NCBI GenBank assembly: GCA_051362555.1
Contig: CM120649.1
Span: forward strand, 17,932,567-17,996,566
DNA length: 64,000 nt
Direction of reading: 5' to 3'
DNA from: Lingula anatina
Taxonomy: Eukaryota > Animalia > Brachiopoda
Within the stretch, counting starts at the first letter, position 1. Every line of letters begins with the position of its first letter. Made by a program: the position numbers and the translations under genes. Below, piece after piece: positions 1 through 12,285 of this stretch. The notes beneath the pieces are model-generated. The model was not told the origin of the DNA. It searched no databases and saw only the letters and a program-made list of their open reading frames with translations.

Positions 1-987
1 AAATGTCAGCCACAGCCTATTGTGAGTTTATATATCTTCAAGTTCGACAATGTTTCTGACGTTGATTCATTGCACCTCCCGTCAATATTAATAACCTTAT
101 CTAACTCACTATGCGCCCCAGATTTACGACATACATACAGCAATATTAACCATTTTTATTCCACACTGTTACTGTCTGCGTTGCCATACAACACCACAAG
201 TCTTCATGTATGTATAACACAAGTATTTGATATTTGACAGGACTCGGCAGAAACCAGTCACGAGTCAATTAGCAGGCGCCTTCATTGTTTTTTAAAACAA
301 CTCAACGAGGCAACTTTATTCCATCCAAATGACAACTGCATATTTGCGATTAACGCGACACGTGTCTGGCAGAGTGTGGCTTGATAACGAACGAAGACCA
401 CAAAACTCACTATTTTTACTCTTACGAAACACCGCTGTTAACCACACTTAAGACAGAAACAAGCTATTTACAACATTCGAAAGCACGAATATATGATTCA
501 CATTTATTCACCACACTTACTTACGTCTTTATTGCTATTTGTATCAAATACAGTGCACAATTCTCAGCGCTTTGAGGCAAAACGGACTTGTGAATCACAG
601 TTAGAAATCATAAAATTTTCATGCACATATATGAATGAATCATTGTTACATGTCTGAGTTATCCACGAAATATATATTATTATGTACCGTTATCCTGCAG
701 CGAATCGTGATTCACTTACTAAGAGGACACTACAGTGGGGCTTTGAAAAACAATATACCAATGACCAATGTCGCTTATTTCATGTCAAAGTTTCAAAATA
801 TCAGAGAATAGGAACAGCTGTATTTTCAAAAAACTACAGAATTTGCATGGAAGCTGACATACATCATGTATAATAGCTGTCACTCGGTTATTTTTCTCGA
901 CAAAGTGAGACTTTTTTCATCAAGACAGCAGCTGAAAAAAAAAAAACCTAGAACTTACCTTCGCACTCCTACTCGTTCGGATTTGAG

Positions 988-1201
988 ACCCCATTCCCAG
1001 AGATTAGTTCGATCCAATCTAGATCGACCTAACTCCCTGGGGGTTCACGCTAAATAGCTGTCAGCCGAGCGGGCACGAAAGTTAATTACCCCTTTACAGC
1101 TTGTAGTTGGCGGGACGGGCATTTAAGCCGGATTATCTGACAGTAATCTAGTGAGACTCCCCACGGGGATAGATCGATCTATAATCTATGGGAATACGCC
1201 C
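988..1201. mobile_element. Degenerate palindromic MITE-like element
   Basis: Left end (cattcccagagattag...gatcgacctaactccctgggg) is an imperfect inverted copy of the right end (ccccacggggatagatcgatctataatctatgggaatacg). No clear TSD. Confidence 0.4.
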
Positions 1202-1790
1202 TTAAAGTCAATATTTGTCATTATGTATCGTTGAAGATATTGTGCAGAGTATAAAGTGGTTTTGGTGAATGACTGGTGTAGCATAGTACCCTCTAGACTG
1301 ATATTAGGTTCTAGGTTTATTCTAGGACATAATATATATCGTGTCCCAGGTTTATTGAGCAATTTGCCTCTATAAGAATACCAAGAACATTGTTGATGTC
1401 AAAGAAATGAGATCTTGATTGTGACAGCGTGATTCTGCCCGGGCGGTAATTACATAAACAAGTGACAGGAACGAGTTAAGTACATAATAATGAGAAGAGC
1501 GACATATTGTTAATAATGTTTCATTTGCTGCATCTTTAAGCAGTCGGATTGCACAATAAAAATAACACTATGCAATATCCTCTCTTCCTGCAATCAACTT
1601 GCTATCAATTTGTTTCATACTTGTGATAAATTTCCAAGTGTGAATGAAAATGTGTTGGTTCGAAATAGCTTCGATTTCTGAAAAAAAATCACACTAGTCC
1701 CCTATTAAAATTAGAAATTTGACTAGCTGAATCATAATTCTTAACCGTACCCCAGGCTGAAAGGCTTTCCACGGCAATCACTTATCACAA

Positions 1791-1823
<33 letters not shown>

Positions 1824-2281
1824 GGGGGGATTGGGGGGAGGAGTGAAACGTAAGCTAGAATATGAGGTCATGATAAGCTTACAATCACTGCAGGTCAACA
1901 TAATTGACACATGCGCATTGCTCACATAAAAAATAAATGAAATAAAAATAAAAAATGTGATCTCCCTCGTTGTCGTTCCATATTGCTACAGCCTCTCAAG
2001 AACGTTTCTAAAAAGCAATAATGGTACTTTGTCTAAAGTCATTTAGTTGAAGCATTGCGTTCATTATTTTAATATTAGTTAAAACTGATATAGCTGGTAA
2101 TTGACGAGGTGTTAGGAGTACGTGACCGTCCATGTGGTTATTTCGTGATAATATGATTCTAATAACTAATATTCAAGCGGCATTGGCAATTATCCTGTGT
2201 TTTAGCAACAACAGTCCACATGCAAACACAGGCAAATACAGGAAAGACAGCAACTTATTTCATGGGGCCAACTTTAATTAT

Positions 2282-3128
2282 AACTAGACTGCAACTGGCT
2301 TAAGCCAGTGGCGGAGGATTCCCCTGCAAAAGAGGTGTGGAAAGGCTCTTACAAGGTCATGTGAAGGTCATGGGTTAAATTTGACTCCATATTCTGAAAG
2401 AGCATGTGCGAATTGGGGGGGGGGGGGGGGGGGGAGTCAACAAAACATCACTTTTAGCCCACTTCAATATTTCTCCATTAAATAGCCGAATGAACTTGAA
2501 AATGAGGGTCAAGGTCAAATTTGACATTTGATTTGGGGGTTTTGGGTATATGTTTGGGGTAGTTTACTATAGCATGCTATGACCAAAAACCAGTGTTTCA
2601 TGGAGAAATTGCCAAACTCAAGATTTCTGTAATGTCATAAATATTTAAAAAAATCTATATTAAAAAAAATAATTAAGCAGTCGCTACCAAAGTATGGCTA
2701 ACCTTAGATAAATATATAGGACATCATATGCCACTATGATCGGGGCTCTGGGACTTCCGGAATCTGAGATCTTGGAAACAAACCTTTTTTGAGCCCGTTT
2801 GGCCATGAGCGACCTTGACCTTGACCTACTTGCATAAAAGTAGGTCATTATATGTGGATTCACCTCAGTATCACTGACCATAAGGCCCATAGCCATACGG
2901 CTTATACTTAAGGCCTAATGTCAATTTCAAATTTTACAAATTTTGCCTTTAAAAACCCCTGTGACCTTGAAAAGTAGGTCAAGGTCACTGAAACTGGGTC
3001 TGTGGCATATTCTTGCCATACGCTACCTATGATAATTATTTCAGATTTTTGGCGAAAAAAAACGCGCGGAAAGAATAACTATAATAATACCAAAAACAAT
3101 AGTATTCCCCTATGGGGAATCCTAATAA
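2282..3128. mobile_element. TGACCT-rich non-autonomous repeat, possibly Helentron/HINE-like
   Basis: Starts aactaga, is dense in tgacct/aggtca, and ends with aaaacaata plus a short hairpin (attcccc tat ggggaat), the layout typical of HINE-like elements. Family assignment is inference. Confidence 0.4.
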
Positions 3129-3904
3129 AAGTGTACACTGTACAGTGTAACAAAATGGTATAGGCCTATACGGAGAGATCATTTCGATTTTTTTACAAAA
3201 GGATCGAAAATAAATTCTCACTACTGCATATCATTGCTTTTCAAACGTTATTGGTTAAGTTTTGTTAGCTTCACTTGGCAAACAATTTAAAAACATTGAA
3301 AAACGCGTATACCCTTTTCATGTCGGCGTCAAAGTAAAATAACTAGTTAGCTATGTGTTTGCATTAATGAAAATACACAGTAATTTTTGCCATGACATTT
3401 AAAGTCTGTTTACTGTAAATGGATTTAGTCTTACACAATGTCCAGTCATCTTGACTTGCTGATTAAAAAACTTGGGCGGCTTCCCGTTAATTAGGGAGCC
3501 ATGATATTCTCGATTGTAATCCGGATATATACATAACTGATGTTAACTTCCAAAAGAGAAAGAAGAGTGAAAATGTTGGGTGGCTTGTACCACAGAATCT
3601 CGAAAAAATTAACATATTAAGAATACCATGCGTCCCAAAGCAGATTCTGTCAGATGAGAACATGCATATAAAAAAGAGGGTCTAGCAACTCGAGTTTTTA
3701 AACTTCAGAAGGGCATGTGCTTATAAGGCATCCCATACCCGAGCAGATTACAAACCGATAACGGGATAGGCCTATGGCCAGAAAGATTTCAGTTAAATTT
3801 AATTTGATTCGATGGGATTCTCGCTACTGTGTTCGTCTTCTAAAAATAACAGGGGTGCGCCTAGGCCAGCTGGGGTAACGGCCGGAGGTAACGGGTAAAT
3901 AAAG

Positions 3905-3985
3905 GGGGAATTCCCTATCTAATCCGCCATCTACCTGTTTAGACGTCATGATAACGTAAGACGTCATAGGTCAAAGGGACTTTCC
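3905..3985. promoter_or_regulatory. NF-kB/CRE motif cluster, candidate enhancer of the MAM-EGF-CCP gene
   Basis: GGGGAATTCCC (3905-3915), two GACGTCA half-CRE-like sites (about 3942 and 3960) and canonical GGGACTTTCC (3976-3985) within 81 bp, about 1 kb upstream of the TATA box. Confidence 0.5.
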
Positions 3986-4612
3986 CTTTTCTGCTGTTGC
4001 TCGCGGCGTTTGTTAAAAGACTTGTTATAAGTTGTAAGTTGTAATTGAAATCAAAATTGTATGTAGGGTTTTGAAACACTCAGGCCACCCTCTTAATTAG
4101 GCTTCACATTAATGATCCATTATGAATTTTGACTGGTATAGATGTGCCAGGAATGGTAGTCCGGGGTCCCATACATGATTAGTACAGGTTAGGACAAGGA
4201 CGTATATTGAATATATGTCCTTGATTAGGGTTAGTCGGAGTATAGGGGTTAGCATATGGGACGAATGTCACCTGTACAAAGAAACGGGGAGCGGACTACG
4301 GTTCCTATATATGGTAAATGTCCCGGTAGAGCTATCGTCTATTTTGAATGAAATATATAGCACGCGTCAAGGTCATGAAGAGACGCAGATTGGTGACAGT
4401 CACGCACACGCACACACACACACACACAGTACAATAATCCAAGGTTTTCAATAGCAAAATCAGCCGGGCATCGTCATTAATTTCACTGAGAGACATTTTC
4501 CAACAAAGAACAACAGGCACTGGACCTAACCAGAAAAATATATATATTAGCGCATAGTTCAGGCTTCTTCACACCACCCTGTTTGATATTGACTTTTAAG
4601 GCCCTGAATTAT

Positions 4613-4616
4613 AAAA

Positions 4617-4659
<43 letters not shown>

Positions 4660-4660
4660 A
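4613..4660. repeat. (AAAT)n microsatellite
   Basis: Tandem aaat run; a second one lies at about 8429-8473. Confidence 0.9.
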
Positions 4661-4952
4661 TTTAAGGAGTAAAATCAGGATGCAATGTAAACGGTGATTG
4701 TCAACCAAAGCGTTTTCCAGGAATAACTGCCATGAAAACTTTAATTATGAAGAGGTAACGGATATTGTTCACTTATTAACAACGTCAAGTTGTCCATTTC
4801 CGCAGAATTAATAATCCGGAAGTTTCTCACAGTTACATATCAGGTGACATCATCAGGTTATCGCTATATAACCAGACTTGTTTACCAAGACAAGTGAGCC
4901 GCTGAATCAACCAAGGAAAGTTAACTCTGAAGGATCGGCCGCGCGCGGAGGC

Positions 4953-4987
4953 TATATAATCGGTCTCGAGCGGCAAGCGGGTCAGTT
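4953..4987 (+). promoter_or_regulatory. TATA box plus Inr core promoter
   Basis: TATATAA at 4953-4959 and TCAGTT initiator at 4982-4987, with canonical spacing of about 31 nt. Followed by a probable GC-AG 5'UTR intron (AAGG|GCAAGT 5028 ... tttactctatcag| 5177) ending 1 nt before the ATG. Confidence 0.6.
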
Positions 4988-5178
4988 CATTGCTTGCTCA
5001 CTGAAAAGCAGACGATAACTTTCAAGGGCAAGTGTTTATAACTTTTGCCCGTGTAACGAAAACGCGCACAGTAGAAGTGCCTGGAGACATTAGGTTTAAC
5101 AGATCTCCAGATTGGACTTTTTTAAAACTATCGAAAGCGGAAGAAAGAAAAACAGATTTCATAATTTACTCTATCAGT

Positions 5179-7944
5179 ATGAAACGCACGTTTCTCGTTT
5201 TTGTGACTCTCCTGCTGCTGTTTTGCGGCGAGTCGACACGAGCAGACGACGTAAACTGCGACTTTCAAAAGCCAGACATATGCGGCTACAAGAACGAAAA
5301 TACAAACGGTTTGTTGTGGGAATGGGCAAATGCAAAGAGGAAACTATGCAGCACCTGTACCGAGTTCACGGTCAGGGGTCTAATTGTTCAACCCTACGCA
5401 GATATCGATGCGGACTTTAAGTTTTCCACCGTGGTGAGTCCCAAATTTACAACAACTGGCCCCTCTTGCATCCATTTTGATTACGTCAACAGCGAGTGCA
5501 AAAACCGCCACGAGAGCGACGCAAGCTTACGCGTGCACGTGCGTGACGCTCAAGGTCAAGAGAAGGCTGTGCACCACGTGAGATGCATCCGATCAGCAGA
5601 GAAGAAAGAATGGCACAGAGAATCCATAACGATCCCTTCTGCTGGGGAATATCGCTTGGCTTTCTCAGCCATGAGGCGATACACAAGCTACGCCGATGGG
5701 TATGTTGCTATTACCGACGTTGCCGTTGACACAGGGGCCTGTGGCGACAGCGTGTCTTTGAACAAAGTTCCAGGCGATTGCGGCTTCGAGGACATGGACA
5801 CGTGCGGCTATACATACTCTGATGACAGCGACTTTAAATGGGCTTTGATAACCAAAGAGAATTACTACCCCGATAAAATGACTGAAGCTCCCAGCGGCAA
5901 GTTCCTCGCCGTAACAAGCAGCCACTATTCGAATTTACAAGGATCACCCGTGTCCAAACTGTTATCTCCAACGCTATCGGTCACACAGGATACATGTTTG
6001 ACTATGTCTTATCACAATGACGTTTTGCCCAGTGAAGATACAAAAAACGTATTTAATATCTACCTCAGACATTCCAACGGGACCGATACCCTCTTCTACA
6101 GAGTTCCCAAACAATACGGCGAACGGTGGGTTCGAGGCTATCTTGACTTACCAAGAGGAGACTATAAACTCCTTTTCGAGGCTAACTTTAAAACATATTA
6201 TTCTTCCATGGATTACATTGGTCTAGACTCTGTTGAACTGTTTCATACCCCCTGCTCGGCGATTAAACAGCTTCCTCTTGCTTGCGACTCCGTAAACCAA
6301 AATTCGGGGGTTTCATCTTCTCTTTGCCAGCGAGGCGGCAAATGCCTCAGTGTTGGTTACAAGTCTTATATCTGCGACTGTCCTAGCGCAGGAAATGACC
6401 CGCGTGCTAGTTACGGGCTACGATGTCAGTACGACATGACATGCACAAACAAATCTCCCTGTCTTAACGGTGGGACGTGCGAGAACTTCGGGCGACGCAG
6501 GGTAGAGTGCACGTGCCCGCGCACCTACATTGGCAATCACTGTGAAACAGTAATCGACTGTGGCGACCCTACCGGACTTATACCCAACTCAACCTTGGTG
6601 AGCACCACGGGCACGAGGTACGAAGACGTGGCAAAGTTTCGCTGTGGTGATGACAGTTATCTGGACGGTGATGGCTCAGCCACTTGCCAAAAGAATGGCC
6701 AGTGGTATACGAGGTCCGTTTGCCATTACGTCAACTGTGGTCAGCCAGTGCCGCTAGCCAATTCCACGTTGACATCGGTGACCAATACGACCCTCAACGG
6801 CACGGCGTCCTATAAGTGTAACTCACTGCACCAAGCAAGCAACAAAGCAGATGGGTTGGTGGCCACGTGCAAGTTCCTTGAGCACGACAGCCCCAAATCA
6901 CAATGGGTCGTTAAAGACAGCGCTCAGTGCGTACCAATTCCGAAATGTTCCGAGCCACCAGTTGTCCCGCACGGTCGGTTGGTGAATGTCTCGAGCCGGT
7001 ACGAACATGGGGAAGCACACTACGAATGTGATGCCGGTTATCGGTTCCATGACCAGTCAAGGACTAACCCTGCAGTCATATGTACTTCTTATCGGGATAA
7101 ACTCTATTGGAACTACACGCCGATGTGCGTGAAAATTCCCACGTGCGGGAACCCCCCTGACATGGCAAACGGGAAGCTAGTGAACGTCACAAACAACACA
7201 GAAAACGGCATTGCGGTATACACATGTGACACCGGCTACAGCTTCGAAGGCGGCAAGACCAGAATCACCTGCAAAAACATTTTAATTAATTTTGTGCCAC
7301 AATTAAAATGGGACGACAGTGGTATAGCACGGTGCCGTAAGCTTCCTACCTGTGGTCAGCCTCCTCAGGTGACCAACGGTCACGTGGTAGGTGTGACCAA
7401 CGGCAGTTTAGACGGAACGGTCACCTACCAATGCAACCCTGGGTATGTTGCTCGAGGATCCACAACCGCCGTGTGCAAGCAACTATCACAGTGGACAGCC
7501 GCATGGTTTTACCTCCCACTCTGTGAGCACGTGTGCCCGGTACCACGTGGTCGCGCGGGAAACCAACAGCGAATGAGATTGGAGATCAAGAGATGCACGT
7601 CATCTTCTTTCGAGCGCTTTTCTGTCGAAGAGTCTTGTTACGATCCTCGATCTTTCGTGATCGATAAAAACCAATCGACGCCAAGCGATACAATCGTGTT
7701 CTACGGACAGGAAGTGTGCGTTGCCGTGGAAACGGTAGAGAAAATAGTGAGTGCACAGGGGTTCAGTAAGGACAAAACGGAGGTAAAATGCGAAAGCTTT
7801 TGCTTGAATTACATCTCGGATTACAAACGTGTCCTAGTGCAACAACGTCTTGTATACCAGCAACCCCCTTCTTATTCTTCGTACAGGGTTGAAGTTCAGA
7901 AAACATATTACGTCTACAAGACAGTACCACTGGATGACAAGTGA
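5179..7944 (+). CDS. Secreted mosaic protein: signal peptide, 2 MAM, 2 EGF, 5 CCP/sushi and an unassigned C-terminal domain (921 aa, single coding exon)
   Basis: Uninterrupted ORF. ATG 5179 begins MKRTFLVFVTLLLLFCGESTRA (signal). MAM starts CDFQKPDICGY and CGFEDMDTCGY with L.SP...CL.F.Y motifs. EGF CLNGGTC..CTCP..YIGNHCE. Five C-G/S-x-P sushi repeats with Y.C..GY and W. No transmembrane segment. Confidence 0.9.
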   Translation: MKRTFLVFVTLLLLFCGESTRADDVNCDFQKPDICGYKNENTNGLLWEWANAKRKLCSTCTEFTVRGLIVQPYADIDADFKFSTVVSPKFTTTGPSCIHFDYVNSECKNRHESDASLRVHVRDAQGQEKAVHHVRCIRSAEKKEWHRESITIPSAGEYRLAFSAMRRYTSYADGYVAITDVAVDTGACGDSVSLNKVPGDCGFEDMDTCGYTYSDDSDFKWALITKENYYPDKMTEAPSGKFLAVTSSHYSNLQGSPVSKLLSPTLSVTQDTCLTMSYHNDVLPSEDTKNVFNIYLRHSNGTDTLFYRVPKQYGERWVRGYLDLPRGDYKLLFEANFKTYYSSMDYIGLDSVELFHTPCSAIKQLPLACDSVNQNSGVSSSLCQRGGKCLSVGYKSYICDCPSAGNDPRASYGLRCQYDMTCTNKSPCLNGGTCENFGRRRVECTCPRTYIGNHCETVIDCGDPTGLIPNSTLVSTTGTRYEDVAKFRCGDDSYLDGDGSATCQKNGQWYTRSVCHYVNCGQPVPLANSTLTSVTNTTLNGTASYKCNSLHQASNKADGLVATCKFLEHDSPKSQWVVKDSAQCVPIPKCSEPPVVPHGRLVNVSSRYEHGEAHYECDAGYRFHDQSRTNPAVICTSYRDKLYWNYTPMCVKIPTCGNPPDMANGKLVNVTNNTENGIAVYTCDTGYSFEGGKTRITCKNILINFVPQLKWDDSGIARCRKLPTCGQPPQVTNGHVVGVTNGSLDGTVTYQCNPGYVARGSTTAVCKQLSQWTAAWFYLPLCEHVCPVPRGRAGNQQRMRLEIKRCTSSSFERFSVEESCYDPRSFVIDKNQSTPSDTIVFYGQEVCVAVETVEKIVSAQGFSKDKTEVKCESFCLNYISDYKRVLVQQRLVYQQPPSYSSYRVEVQKTYYVYKTVPLDDK

Positions 7945-8427
7945 TGTTTAAAATTTTTGAACTGACTATTGTTTCGTCATGATTTCTAAGCTGCAGCGGT
8001 CCTGAACATGTTAATGAAAATGTGTTACTTTTATCAAATTATGATATTAACGTTAATGAAATTCTATTACATTCATCAACGTATCACAAGTACAATGAAA
8101 ACGACACCCCGTGGAATTTGGGCCTTTATTTATTTATTATTATCATTTATCACTACTATAATTTTCAAGAACACACTGTACATCAACCATGTACCAACCA
8201 TCCCCCTGCCTAATACTTTAAAACTGATAGCAAAGAGGGGCAACTCAGATTAAGACATTTTAATAGTTATAGATGCATTCGATGCATTTATGAAACAAGA
8301 TGTAATTTTGATCAGGGATGGTGATTTCATTAATCAAAATATGTGCGAATTTGCTTTTTGTTTTATGACTATTTAGACTTCAGCTGCAAATTTTATCAAT
8401 AAAACGGGGAAAATTCTTCGATTCGTG

Positions 8428-8474
<47 letters not shown>

Positions 8475-8997
8475 CAGGTTGTATATTGCGAGTGTTCATT
8501 ACCACAACTTTTCCTTACAACGTAGAATATGGTAGTTAAAAAAAACTAAAAGATACTGTTCACTTCTATGAATTGAAATCCCTCTACATTTTTACTTTTT
8601 ATTCCCTTTTCAGCCACACAACCACACGCTCGCTTCTTTTGCTTCTCTTTATGATTTTCTTTTCTTCTTCTTGCACTTTCTACTTCGTCTCTTTTTTTCG
8701 TTTTGGATCACAAAAACATAACGGTAGCCATATTGCGCTAGATGTGCAACGCAGAAATTGCAGTTTCGTCTTACGCATTTAGCAAAATCTTTTGAAACAT
8801 ATCATTTTCTTAATTCAGTGCTTGCATAAATCCCACTTCTTGATTTCACACCTTTAATTTGAAGTTGCCCGGGCTTCATCAAAGCTAGTTTGGTTGTTGC
8901 GTCATAAAGCAGTTCCACCACCCGTCAGACACAAGACGACCGCGACTCTTCACTCTGTTTGCTACAGCAAATCTTTATATCAGTCTTTGAGTCCGGG

Positions 8998-9430
8998 TCA
9001 GTGTCGGGTTCAGAGGGGGTGAGGGGGGTCCTGACCCCCACTTCAGTTTCTGAGAAAAATCACACTTATATATCCCCTTCTTGGAATTAGAATTTTGACT
9101 AGCTGATTTACAGTATAATAGGCCTACTAAAACATCGGCGGGATCGGTTTCGCACAGCGACAGGTTCGTGCAACTTATCTGGCTTAGCCTATATAACTTT
9201 CCATTCGCAAATGCTATAATTAAATTTATCACATTCGAACAAAGTCAGTATATCTTACTAGTAATTGGATTTGGTGGGTTTTTAGTACTTCCTTATAAAG
9301 TAAAATACTAAAAATTGTCCTCATTTACGTTCATTTACTCAGCCCTCCCCCTACTATTTGCTGAATCTACCCCCCCCCCCCCCAACCCCACACACACACC
9401 CTTCATCAAATCCCTGGATCATTCGACAGC
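8998..9430. mobile_element. Copy of a dispersed CAGTGGCG-type MITE family (relatives at about 1677-1760 and 57905-58213)
   Basis: Shared string ggtcctgaccc...gaaaaa.cacac...ttgaaattagaa...tgactagctga in the copies. Confidence 0.55.
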
Positions 9431-9817
9431 CTGCGTAATCTCAGATAATTTCTACCTCACTCGTAACTTTTGATCTACTGTATGACATTTTTAGTTAAAC
9501 TTTAAGGTGGGAATAGATGAATTATCCGCTCTAAGGTCTAGGGTCGTAAGCCAAAGTATGCAAGGGAGAGATAAAATGGAGCGTGGATATCTCTGTCCTG
9601 GAAAATTTAGTAACACGTATTTTATACCGCTAATACTGTTATTGTTTTTCAAAAAGGTACCCACAATATACTCGAAATTATTTAATCCATAGATAGCTTG
9701 TCTTTTACTGAACGTGTCCAGTGTTATCTTCATCATTAATTTTGTCTTGGGAGACACAACAACAACAAGTCGGTAGTGCTGTCCTCTTTACGAAAGTATG
9801 CGGGGTATCTCCCAAGA

Positions 9818-9865
9818 TGACGTCACGGTAGGGAAATTCCTTGAATACTTTGCGCGGCCATCTTT
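9818..9865 (+). promoter_or_regulatory. Probable angiomotin promoter (CRE, kB-like and YY1 motifs)
   Basis: TGACGTCA 9818-9825, GGGAAATTCC 9831-9840 and GCGGCCATCTT about 9854-9864 in a CpG-rich patch just before the CpG-poor AMOT body. Confidence 0.4.
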
Positions 9866-10890
9866 GTTTGAGAGCTTCTTGACCGCAACTGCTCGGAGTG
9901 TGGGGGCGAATAGCAAGCCAAGGGGAGCGTCAACTGTGCACGTACACACAAGGAAGCAACACGATCTACCTTAGAAGAGGATTATAAGTCCCGCCTGTGG
10001 CACCGAAAGGTGGATATTACTCAGTTCACCTTGGAAATCCGGGATCGGGGGCAGCATATTTTTTACCGTGTAGAAAGACTAGGTGGGACCCCGTTAGCAG
10101 GGGGATTAACTACTTCAAGCTCAGTATAGAGCATGCTTACTTTCATTTTTATAAGTACAGAGACACTCTTTACAATGCTTCTTCGTGTCTCGCTTGTGTT
10201 TAAGGACGCTTTGTGTAGATTAGTAAAGTAATATTGTTTATCACCCGGTATATCTCTTTACCTGCTGTCTCTTAATTTAGTCACCTTCCGGCGTCCGCCT
10301 GCAGTGGTGATGCCCCCACATTAAGTAACAGTGTCCATTAAGTATCTTATGTGTGTAATGCATCACCAAAGACCAGTATTTCATATAGTTCATGATATTC
10401 CGGTCTTTGCTAACATTCAGTGCATATGGCGTGCAATTTAATTGCCTTCCGAAGTTCCATGTCCACCCTTGATTACCAAACTTGTAGAAATCTTACTGGC
10501 ATTTCTCAAAATGTGTCATCAGTCAGCTCATCAGCTAGAATATCAGGGTATAAAATCTTAGTAATCAACTTGCAGATCTTGCTGCCTTCGGTTTAATTTT
10601 GGTTTATCTCTTGACTTGACATGATTAGATGTGATATATTGAGAAGTTTATAAGACATGTACATAACAGTTGCTAGTTTTAACTGTTAAGTAATGTACTT
10701 CTTGTAGTAACATTAAGTTAAGCTGGGGTAGTGTTAACACTTGCCAAATGCTAAAACTGACTTAAGTTGGCTAAACAAAAAATGCTTGATTTCACTTGTT
10801 TTTTCACTTGTAACTACTTGGAGAAACTTGTAACTACTTGGAGAAACAGTGATGAAATAGTAGTGATTTGGCTAAAAGAAAAAAAAAATG

Positions 10891-11056
10891 CCAGTTCTAT
10901 CCCAGTAAAGACCATTTTTTTTTGTTTTCTATCACTTTCTGATCTGTTATGGTTTTAATGTGTGGGTACAAACCAGTTCTATCCCAGTAAAGACCATTTT
11001 TTTGTTTTCTATCACTTTCTGATCTGTTATGGTTTTAATGTGTGGGTACAAACCAG
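10891..11056. repeat. Tandem duplication, two copies of about 82 bp
   Basis: ccagttctatcccagtaaagacc...gtgggtacaaaccag at 10891 and 10973, differing only in T-run length. Confidence 0.9.
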
Positions 11057-11684
11057 AGCAAGCGACAGTGTAAAATGCCAAAACTAGTTTGATATTACTG
11101 AAGTAAATACAGAAAGTAATTATGAATGATTTTCACTTTTTGTCATGACAAACCAGGAAAAGATGGCATCATGTAAAAATTAATACCTTCAGTGATTCTT
11201 GAATTATGGTATTATTGAGAGACCATTAGTTCTGTACTAGTACTAGTGTAGAGCTCATATATAGCATGGATAATATTCTTATTATCAATTGCTGTTAGAA
11301 ATTATCAGGTATATTACCAATTTACTAGCTCTGTAAACAGTTAATATGACACATAATTGAATAATAATGGTGTTATTGTTGTGTGGGTATTTATGAAAAT
11401 CATCCCTTAAAATTTCTTTCCTTTTTTTAGTGACCAATTCAAGACGTTGTGATGTAGAAGACCTAGGATGGCGAACTAGGCCCATCAAATTGTAAGTCAA
11501 CTTTGGTACATTATAAATAACTGCTATTTTGCAAGACAAAGCTGTAAAATATACTGATGAAATTAATAAAATATGAAAATAATTAAGTGAATGAGTAAAA
11601 AATAAATACTTGTACTATTGTGAATAAATAAACTGAGAAAATGGTATAATCAGTGATATGTCTGAAGTAGAACAAACTGTTTTA

Positions 11685-11858
11685 GGCCACATTCAGAACA
11701 GTGGACTAAGAAGTCCGAGGAACAAATATGTTCGACCATATGAAAACTTCCTCACGGAGAATCTATTCAGTGTCTATTAGCTGGTTAGACAGGAAGTTTT
11801 TTTGTGGGTCGCCATATTTGACCCGCAGACTAGTAAGTCCACCGTTCTGAATGCGACC
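11685..11858. mobile_element. PIF/Harbinger-type (Tourist-like) MITE
   Basis: Termini GGCCACATTCAGAAC / GTTCTGAATGCGACC, about 50-bp imperfect inverted arms, TTA on both flanks. Confidence 0.7.
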
Positions 11859-12285
11859 TTACTCAGCATGGCTGATCACATGTAAGTCTGTTTTCATGTT
11901 GTGACATGTTGAAGTACATGTTTGGGCATGTTGGACAGGTAAACAATGGTACAGGTAAACAGGCAACAGGTGCACACAGTAGCTGTGTATAGACTGGTTT
12001 GTTATCTTGTGAAAATTATTCCACAGGTAGATGAGCAACAATGCAGTCAGTTTTAGGTCTCTCGGCCATGAGAATAGTTTCTCCTCAATGTAGGGTAACA
12101 GAAATAAAATACTTAGTTCAGACCAGCACGAAATTATGAAGACCAGTAGATTTTTTTTAGTGCAGGGCCTCTGGATTTTCAATATCTCCGAAGCTTTTCC
12201 CATGTGACATCGGAATGAAGGGAGTCACAGAATGTGATCTGTTTTCAGGTTGCTTCCCACTTTCTGTGTGCGCAGTGTGTAGACA

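Noticed and set aside
5032-5178. ORF-track N-terminal extension from GTG 5032
   Set aside because: Non-ATG start inside a probable 5'UTR intron; the signal peptide begins at ATG 5179.
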